Position numbers and translations under genes: made by a program. From positions 134,540,001-134,604,000 of the forward strand of contig OX597816.1 of the NCBI GenBank assembly GCA_951406725.2: 64,000 bases of DNA. The letters run 5' to 3'. Below the pieces are notes generated by a model. The model did no database searches, had not been told where the DNA came from, and worked only from the letters and a program-made list of their open reading frames with translations. The first letter of the stretch is position 1. Each line of letters begins with the position of its first letter. The stretch comes from Octopus vulgaris (lineage: Eukaryota). Shown here in pieces: positions 51,101-62,000 of the stretch.

Positions 51101-54100
51101 TTTGTCCTCTATAATTCAGTCACTTTACATTTTTTTCATCCAATATGTATTTTTCATTCACAAAATATGTCTATACTACTTCGGTTTAGTAGTTGATGCT
51201 TTAGACATTCAAATATTTATCTGTTCTGTAAAGCCAAAATTTTCTCTCTCATCAGACCATATTCAACACATTCCTTTCCCAATCACTGCACAGCAGAATT
51301 TTAATAATTGAGTATGAAGTATTAAATACCTGCTTATAAGATCTGAATAGAAATATTCTGCAGGTTTCTAGTGGCCTGTAGTTAAAATCTGGCCTTTTTA
51401 AGTTCCTTGCAGCTTTCCAACATTACTATAAGTCTTGTATATCATATAAGTCTGTCATTCACATTTCACTGCTGTGCAATATCACACTTAATAAATGCAT
51501 TACATAGTCTGCATTTATAAAGAAATCTTTGTTGCTAAGAGTCAAAAGTAGTTCCTTTAAACTTCTGGCTGCCTCAAACCCTGCCACTATGCTACATCTA
51601 ACATCAATCACTCAGGAAATTAAATTTACTGACTGCTTGTAGTGAGTTTATAGCAAAAAAAATCTTAAAGGAAGGGAACAAACATATAATAATAGTATGA
51701 AGCTAGTCAAACTGACTACCATGAACTAATAACTATAACTCTGGGCTCAATTAGTGCAAGAATATCCTATTAACCCTTTAGTGTTCAGATTACTCTGTTA
51801 AATGTAATATTTTTTTACTCAAATCGTTTTGAATTAATCATGCATTATCTTATAGCTTTGAGGTTTCAATGATGTGATTGTTTATATTTATAATGTCAAT
51901 GTAGGTTAGGTGTGAGAGGCTAGATATCGCCAGTTTGAATATAAAACATATAGAATATTTGGGCCGGATATGGCTGGTTTAAACACTAAAGTGTTAAAGA
52001 CAATCTGTTCTATTTCAGCCAAGGGGTATTAATAGGTCATTGAATATTTTGAATGAGTAGTAACTATTATGATTTCTCAAGAAAAATCTATGACAAATAG
52101 TTGCTAATTAAAAGAACTTCTTTTAAGACAAATTTTCATTCACATACCATTCTGAAAGTTAGTCTCAATCATTTCAAAATACAGTGCAGTTTAAAATGAA
52201 ATTTATATTGCATGCAAGCTACTCAATACATATGCATACGTCAGGTACACACATGTATAACTTTGTTTTAAGTTTATTCAACTACAAACAGAAGAGAATT
52301 TTAAGTTACTGAATAAAGAGAACAGAAATATCACTCTACCTTTTGTAAGACAGCACATTTTTCACACTGACAAAGTGGATGGCAGAGATTTTCAATACCC
52401 ATTGCAGAATCCAAACTCTGCTGTGTCTTTAGTTTATTTTCAGAATCACTTGACAACCCGAGGTAGAAACGAACCTGAAGAGAAAGGTAATTCTTAGTAA
52501 TTATATAAAACAAACAAAACTAAGAAATTTTGTAGATCATTAATAAAATCTCTAATACAAATATTGATTTCTTTCTTTATATAAAATCAATTTTTGCAGA
52601 GGAGCAGTACAATCAACTGAAACCATATAAGAAAAAAAAGAGATGACAAAGGAATAATTCTTTATCTCTTTTTTCTTACCACTCTGTACTCAACTAATGT
52701 CATTCAGAAGCATGCATCTATTGAGTTCTACATCAGGTTATTAATATCACAATGCCTAAGCGAAATATTAAAATGCAAAAATGAAAATCAAATCCAGCAA
52801 GAGTCTTACCAACTGCACATCATGGTTTTTAATAGCCTTGAATAATTTTTCCTGTTGTCTATATTTAGAATTGATAGTAGTCTGAGACTGTTCAACGTAC
52901 AAATTTGAACTGGAAACAGAGGATGTAGCTATAGAAGATGAATATAATGGCACAGTCTTACGTTCTGGAGAATACTGCAAAGGAAACAAAAATAAAAGTA
53001 TATAATGATTTGAAACAAGAGAAAACTTTGTGACAAACTAATACAGGATATTTATCATATCAAAACACAGAATCACTGTTTGAATATACAAAAATGTGTA
53101 ACTAGCTTTTTGTTAAAAGAAATTTTCGATTCTATAGACAGAAATACAAACACACACACACGCATATATAATGAGTTTCTTCCTTGTTAGTTGAACACTT
53201 TTTTTTCTTCATGGAATATGTTTATTTCAGCAAAGTTTTAAATAATATAACAATGTAAACTTATTGAACTTGAGAGGCACTATCATCATGTGAACAGTCA
53301 GTAATTTTGAGCATTTGGACTTTATAAAAATTAAACATATATTTTGTTTAATTTTATTTTTGTCTTTACATCTGTTTTTACTATGTCAGCATGGGTTAGA
53401 TAAGATTCCTTGGAGCAGTATTCTGTGGCAAGATGCTGTTCATGATGCCAACTCATCATTGTTTCCATCTTAGATACTGTTGAAAAGTTGAAGTACATAT
53501 TGTGTATGAGAGACATGATAAATGTCCTTGCAGCACAACTGTTGTCATTGTAAAAGTATAGGAAGCGGACACACACACATATGCATCAATGCATATATAT
53601 GTGGGTGTGTGCATATGCATGTGTATGTAAATGTGTGTCAATGTCTATATGTATATATGAATGCATGCATGTATATATAGAGATGTGGGTACGAGACACA
53701 TTAAGCCTTCAGCTTTTCTTGAACTCAGGCAATGTTTCTAGTATCCATTTTTGCTTTGTGTTGCTTGTCAATATCTTAGGACATTCTGAGCAATCTCATA
53801 TGCCTCAAAATTATCACTAATCAATTTATGGTAAGTTACATAGGTGAATCTTTTTGAAACACTCACCTTAACTCTCTTTACAATTGGATTGTTACCCAGT
53901 AGCACTAGTATTGATACTAGTATCCAGTTTGAATAAATTTCCTTTGTTTAGATCTTGTTATTTCTAATTGGTTAAATTTGAAAAGAAATGAAGATTGAGT
54001 TGTCAGCTGTCAAAGTATGCATACTTTTTTTGAGTCACCCTGTATAATATATATATATATATATGGAAGTTTATATTTAGATACATACTGTGGGGGACAA

Positions 54101-56041
54101 AAGAGTTTGCAGACCTATTTTTTCTCAATTTCTTTATTAATTTTGCTTTTTTTTTAGTTTCACCTCTTCCATCATTTGCTGGTTGCCATTCTGTTTTTTT
54201 TCATTACTACATTTTTCGAAAAAACCCAGAATTTAATAATTGTTAAACATTTTCCTCTTTTCAGGTGAGCCAAAAGTTTATGCAGGTAACATAAATTTAT
54301 TAATAATGGCTAAAGGAAAGATGTTGACAGATAGCGAGAAGGGTGAAATTGTTAAATTACTTGCTGCAAAGAAGTCTACAATAGAAATTTCAAAAATTTT
54401 GAAACGAGATCATCGAACTGTGAAACGTTTCGTCATTGACGGCAAAGATGGAAGAAAAAAGCACAAAAGTGGCAGACCAAAGGTGACTTCACCACGAGAT
54501 TTTAGAAAAATCAAGAGGAGTGTGCTAGCAAACCCACACAGCACAAGCAAAGCTATTTTCGACCATGCAGGAGTGTCTGACATCTCTAAAAGGACCCGAA
54601 ATCAGATTTTGAAACAAATAGACGACCAGAGAACACCGACAAAATGTCCTCCTTTGAGTGATATCAACTGTCAGAAGCGACTAGCATGGGCCACTAAATA
54701 TTTGAAAACCAATTTTCAAAATGTTCTCTGGACTGACGAGGCTAGAGCAACCCTCGACGGTCCCGACGGTTGGACCAAGGGATGGCTTCTTAAAGGCAAT
54801 AGCCCACGCTTGCGATTCAGACATCAACAGGGAGGAGGGAAAGTGATGATTTGGGCTGGGATTATTGGAAGTGAGATTGTTGGTCCTTTTCTTGTCCCTG
54901 AAGGTGTCAAAATGAATTCTGTGAACTACTGCGAGTTTTTGGAAGAGAATTTATTGCCTTGGTTGAATTCACAAAATGATGCTGTCAACCAGAATCTCAT
55001 TATTCAACAAGACAATGCCCCAAGCCATGCTTCTCGGTTCACAAAAGCTTGGCTTTCAGACCAGGGGATCTCTGGTGAACGTCTGATGGACTGGCCACCT
55101 CAGAGCTCGGATTTGAATCCGATAGAGAACCTCTGGTCGATTCTGAAGAGGAAGGTTTACGAAAACGGCCATCAATTCAACAGTAAAAAAGATATTTGGG
55201 AGAGGATCAAGGAGGTATCTTCTGAAATCACACCTCAACAAGTGCATAAATTAACATCCTCTGTTGATAGGAGGCTGATGGATTTGATTAAGAATGGAGG
55301 AAAGCGTATAAAGGGTTAAATTGTTTTATAAATTTGTATTGTTTTGTTAATTGTTATTTGAGCAATAATTGTTGTTTTCTTGTAATATGTTATCAATATA
55401 TGGTACTATTATCATAATGACACAATGTTTCAAATTATATTATGTTTAAAAATGTTATTTATTTTGAATAAATGAGTCTTGCAAACTCTTTAGGCCCATA
55501 TTTCTTCCTGAATTTTTTTTTAAATCCATATTTTCCCCCCAGAATATGATTATTTGGTTTCCGTCTCTAGGAATTTACTTTATATATTTGCATATCGAAC
55601 AATGAGTAACATAGTTATTATATTGGAAAATATTGAAGCATAAATTTATCAATATATACAATTTGCAAACACTTTTGACCCCCACAGTATGTGTGTGTGT
55701 GTGTGTGTATGTATGTTTGTGTGTGTGTATATATATATGGCAGTTTATATGTATGTATATATGTGTGTGTACATATGTTTGTATGTGTGTAAATATATAT
55801 ATATATATATATATATAAGCACCAACCGATCGTGACCGATGCCAGACCCCCCCTGGCACCTGTGCAGGTGGCACGTAAAGAGCACCCACTACACTCGCGG
55901 AGTGGTTGGCGTTAGGAAGGGCATCCAGCTGCAGAAACACTGCCAGATCAGACTGGAGCCTGGTGCAGCCCTGGCTTCCCAGACCCCGGTCGAACCGTCC
56001 AACCCGTGCTAGCGCGGAAAACGGACGTTAAACGATGATGA

Positions 56042-56091
<50 letters not shown>

Positions 56092-59000
56092 TTTTCTGCA
56101 TACACATGATCAGTTACAAAGGAGCTTTCCATAAAGAAAGGTACAAATTTTACTTACTCGGCCTGCATAATAACTCTGCCTCATTTCATCTGTCGGGGCA
56201 CATAACAATAATTGCTGGATATGAGTATTGTGGGCACAATTCATGGGGAATTGCTTTTTCCTGTTACGAATGTCTGTGCGAGCATTATTTTCTATTAGAG
56301 TTTCCACAATGTTCTCTGAAAGAAATTAAAAACCCCAAAAACACCACAATTATAAAATGGACAAGTCAAATCATCAAAGAGCATGAGAAAATCCCCCAAT
56401 GAAAATACAACAATCTAGCAATAACATCATGAAGATATCCTCACTATAGATCTCAAGTAAACACCCTTGTACTACATTCACAGTATGCAGGGACATTCAG
56501 CTGAAACTGTCAAAATAACATCAAATCAAATGATTTCTGATGGCAGCCTCATATATAGTACTACAGCACAAACATTTGGTTTCTCTTGAAGGTTACAAAA
56601 TACCTCAGCAATGATTAACTGTTGAGTCTACAAAGCTAAAGTACAATCCCATGAAAATACTGCATACATTTTGGATGGTGGTGTTACTATAGTCACATCT
56701 AACACTTGGTAAAACTCATTCACCAGTATGCTATTACCACTAAACTATGGATATGCCGTTGTGTCTGGGAAGAGTCATTCTCTTTTGGTGCCTTATAATT
56801 TAACACACTCACCAGTAAAATTTCCACTTATTTCCTTTTTTATATAAGAAAAAACAGCAACATATTTGTGCAGGTATGGTTGTGTCGTTAAAAATTTTGC
56901 TTCAGAAACACGTGGTTTGAAGTTCGTACCACAACGTGGCACCGTGTCTTCCATTTATATAAAACTAATATATCTTTTGTTGTGTCTGGGGAGAGTCATT
57001 CTCTTTTAGTGTCTTATAATTTAACACACTCACCGTTAAAATTTCCATTTATTTCTTTATATTTTTCTAAAATTTTCGTTGTCTTGCAACGGAAATTTTA
57101 GAAAAATAAAAAAAGAAATGTGGAAATTTTACTGGTGAGTGTGTTAAATTATAAGGCACCAAAAGAGAATAACTCTCCCCAGACACAACAGAATATGCTT
57201 CAACACACAAACTCACATAAAGAATCTTGCAAACCAAATCCAAAAACAAAATATGGATATGTTTCTTTCACCTTATCTTTTCTCCCACTATTACAACAGA
57301 TTCTTAGCTAGTAAGTTATATACCACATCTGCTCTAGATCACCAAGTGCACATACTTCATCACCTCTTATGATTTCTGCAGGCCTTACACCAAATACTTT
57401 GCTCAATTATTTCTCTGGAGCAGTATAAAAAGCACTGGTGCTACATAAAAAGTACTCAGTACATTCTGTAAAGTGGTTGGCATTAGGAAGGACATCAAGC
57501 TGTAGAAACCAGGCCAAAACAGAATATGCTGGCATGGAAAACATGTTATATGTTGATGATGATTTTTGCAGCTATATAGAACTGCCTATCTCTATACACT
57601 TTCAAATATTTCAAGAGACCAAAACTATGTTAATACCAGCAGCCTATGAGCTAAAAGTCCAAGGGCTCTGACCCCCAGCTTTTATTTAAAAATTATCACC
57701 ACCATTGTTAATTTGATATTCACTTTTCTGTCTTTGTATTCTGAGTTCAAATTCCGCCAAGGTCAACTTTGTGTTTCATCTTATCGGGGTTGATCTAATC
57801 GACTGGCCCCCTCCCCCAAAATTTCAGGCCTTGTACCTAGAGTAGAAAAGAATATTTGTCTCTCATCAGATGGAGTACTCTTTTTAAGGCGGCAAGCTAG
57901 CAGAAACGTTAGCACGCATGGCAAAATGCTTAGTGGTATTTCGTCTGTCTTTACGTTCTGAGTTCAAATTCTGCCGAGGTCGACTTTGCCTTTCATCCTT
58001 TCAGGGTTGATAAATTAAGTACCACTTGCGTACTGGTGCTGATCTAATTGACTGGCCCCTCCCCCAAAATTGTGCCTAGAGTAAAAAAGAATATTCACTT
58101 TCCCATACTTGCAATGGCTCAGAAAGATTTTCTATGGCTAGATAGGTAATAATATGCTATATGGCAAACGCATTCAACAAATATTTATTTCTTTATTGCC
58201 CACAGGGGGCTAAACATAGAGGGGACAAACAAGGACAGACAAAGGGATTAAGTTGATTATATCAACCCCAGTGCCTAAGTAGTACTTATTTAATTGACCC
58301 CGAAAGGATGAAAGGCAAAGTCGACCTTGGTGGAATTTGAACTCAGAATGTAAAGACAGACAAAATACTGCTAAGCATTTCGTCCGGCATGCTAACGTTT
58401 CTGCCAGCTCACCACCTTACATTCAGCAAATATTACCATAAGAAAAGTATTGTTAAAACAAGAATAATGATAATAACTATAAATTTTATAAAATATGTGA
58501 ATCTTACCATATCCCCATTTGGCAGCTAAATGCAATGCAGTATCTCCAGCATCATTTACAGCATCAATATTCAATTTACCATTTCCACAGTCACTGAAAA
58601 CAAGAGCTTTCACACACTGGATAAAAGAAGGATAAAAACAAAGTTATTAGCACTAATGATAGCAGAGAATGTTAAATAACAAGCAAGTTATAAGGCATGC
58701 CGGATGTTATACATCATCATCATCATTTAATGCCTGCTTTCCATACTGGCATGGGTGGACAGTTTCACTGAGGGCTAGCAAGCCAGAAGGCTGCACTAGT
58801 TTCCAATCTAATCTGGCAAAGTTTCTATAGCTGGATGCCCTTCTTAATGTGGGTGCTTTTACGTGCCACTGGCATGAAGGCCAGTCAGGTAGTACTGGCA
58901 TCGGCCACACTCAAGTGGTGCTTTTTAGGTGCCACCTGCACAGGAGCCAATCTGGCGGCACTGACAACGACCATGCTCAAATGCTACTTTTTTTATGTGC

Positions 59001-62000
59001 CACCAGCATGGGAGCCAGTCAGCGGCCCTGGCATTGATCACGCTTTTAACATTCTACTGGCATGGGTGCCAATCAGGCAGTACTGTCATCAGCCATGACA
59101 GCGATTTCACTTGCCTCAACAGGTCTTAGCAAGCATAGTTTATTGTCCAAGGATTGAAGGGTACACTTAAGTGGGCTGGTTATACAGCACTGGCATACGC
59201 CACAGTTACAGTCTCACTTGGCTTGCTGGGTCTTCTCAAGCACAGCATATCTCCAAAGGTTTCGGTCACTTGTCATTGCCTCAGTGAGACCCAATGTTCG
59301 AAGGTTGTGCTTCACCACCTCATCCCAGGTTTTCCTGGGTCTACCTCTTCTACAGATTCCCTCAACTGCTGTCCTCATCCATTCACAACACATGACCATA
59401 CCAGCACAGTCATCTCTCTTGCACACCACATCTGATGCTACTTAAGTCCAACTTTTCTGTCAGGGTGCTTACACTCTGTCGTGTATGCACAGTGACATTA
59501 CACACCCAGCGGAGCATACTGGCTTCATTCCTTGCAAGCTTACGCATGTCTTCAGCAGTCACAGCCCATGTTTCACTGCCATGTAGCATAGCTGTTCACA
59601 AACATGCATCATACAATCTACCTTTTACTCTGAATGAGAGGCCCTTTGTTACCAGCAGAGGTAGGAGCTCTATGAACTTTGCCCAGGCTATCCTCACTCT
59701 AGCAGCTACACTTTCAGAGCATCCACCCACCATGACTGACTTGGTCACCTAGGTAATGGAAGCTACGAACTACTTGTAATTTTTCCCCCAGGAATGTGAC
59801 GGAGGCTGTTCTCTGCATGTTTTCAGTGTTTATTGCTCCTGAGCATTTGCCACACACAAAAGCTATCTTCCCTGTTAGCCTTCCTTGATATTGCTTCACC
59901 TCTTATGTGTCCGTAGCTTACACTGGGTATATCTTATGGAGTTTCTACCTACACCTTTTCTATAGAGCAAGTAGGGCTGTCTACCTGAAGGGATTTGTGG
60001 TTTGTCTATCTTCCTACTTATTAAGACTTTGGTTTTTGCTAGGTTGACTCTAAGGCCCTTCAGTTCTAATCCTTGCTTTCACACCTGAAACTTCTCTAGT
60101 TCTGATAGTGACTCAGCAATTAGAGCAAGGTCATCAGCACAGAGAAGCTCCCAGAGGCATCCTGTCTTGAATTCCTCTGTTATTGCCTGGAGGACTATGA
60201 TGAATAAGAGGGAGCTGAGGACTGATCCTTGGTGGACCCCACCCCTACCCGGAATTCTTCACTGTACTTGTTGCCAACCCTCACCCTACTGACAGCATCT
60301 CTGTACATGGCTTGCACAGCTCTCACTAACCATTCATCTATCCCTAGTTTCCTCAATGACCACCAGATAAGGGATCGGGGGACCCTGTCAAAGGCTTTCT
60401 CCATATCAACAAAAGCCAAGTGCAGAGGTTTATCTTTGGCTAGGTATTTCTCCAGCAGCTGTCTTACCAGAAATATAGCATCAGTGGTGCTTTTTCCTAA
60501 TGTGTGAAAGCTTAAAAATAAATAAAGATCTGAGAAATAGTGAAGTGAAGTGAATAAGCTGAAGAACCAGGAATACAACTGTTGGAATATAAGACACAAT
60601 TTCTGATGCAGGTGTAGTAACATAATAGAAGTTGAAAGAGTGAGGTGCCGATAGTTGTAGGTAAGTATAAAGACAGGTCACTGAACACTATGGACATTTT
60701 TAGTTATAGATGAAGGATGATAATGATGAATATTGATGATCATAAAAGTAAAGGTCTTAGCGATATTGGGCTCAAAAGATTTATCATGTAGTGACAATGA
60801 AAACAGCAACGTTTTAACAAATAGTTGTCTAGATTAAGAAAAATGAACTCACTTCCTCATGTCCATTGGCAGCACAAGAATGCAAAGGTGTGTTGCCATC
60901 ATTGTCTGTTAAATGCAGGTTACACCCAAAATGAACCAGAAGCAACTATAAAAAGATATTACAAATACAAAACTCTGAGAAAAATGCCTCCAAATATGCA
61001 ATTACAAAACACACAGAGAAATATGCAAGGACACACATACATACACACATAAGTAAGCAAAAACATGCTTTAATGGCTTGGTGTCTGTTTTTCAAGTTAG
61101 CCTAACTTTTAGTTATTTTATATATCTGAAGTGTCAGACTAAGTCCCATCTTCCCCCAAAGCTGGAAAATAATGTCATTGACCGAGCCAGACATTGAACC
61201 TATAAACTTTAGCTAAATATTTATATGGATAAAAAAAAAATACAATAACATTTATATCATACTGGAAAACTTGATATATTTATTAATTAGTCAATTAATA
61301 GAAGAGAAACAAAAAAAAAAAACATACAGCTACACTCTGGAATCCTTTTTGACAAGCAAGGTGCATGGGGGTCAGTCCCATATAGTCTGTTGCATCAACT
61401 GATGCGCCATGGTATACCAAAATGTCGATCAATTCTGCATGGCCAGCCGCAGCAGCAACATGGAGAGCTAAACAACAAGACAATGATAGGATATTTTAAA
61501 GAGGTGTCACAGAAGTATCAAAGTAAAAAACAAACTATATATGTTAAGTCATCAGGTTAAGCATTTATAGGGAAGTGGGTACTGTTAAATGATTTGATCA
61601 AGGACATTTCTAAAACCTAATATTTTCAACCCTGAGGGCTGAAAGGTAAATAATCAGATTTATACTTGGAAATCTGAAAAATAAAAACTAAAAGAAATAA
61701 TTATTCATTCCAACTTTTTCTTCCAGTGTCTTCACTTCATTTTCATCTGTATATTCTTTAATCATCTTCGGATACCTTATATATATATGTACATACATAC
61801 ACTGTTTGTGTTGAAATTTAAAGTTTCAATGCTATTATCATGCTTAATATGGCCAAAAGCTTTGATAATTAAAGAACATTTCAGACAATGAAATTTTAAT
61901 ACTATGAGATACTGTTCTAGTTTACTGAATATAACTTTTTTTATATTTTTTTCTATAATTAATGATTCAGACACACTGAGAGGAAAACTGACCTTCTCAA

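Noticed and set aside
54240-54305. TTG-initiated N-terminal extension of the transposase in the ORF track
   Set aside because: Eukaryotic element; the first ATG at 54306 gives a typical ~340-aa Tc1 transposase
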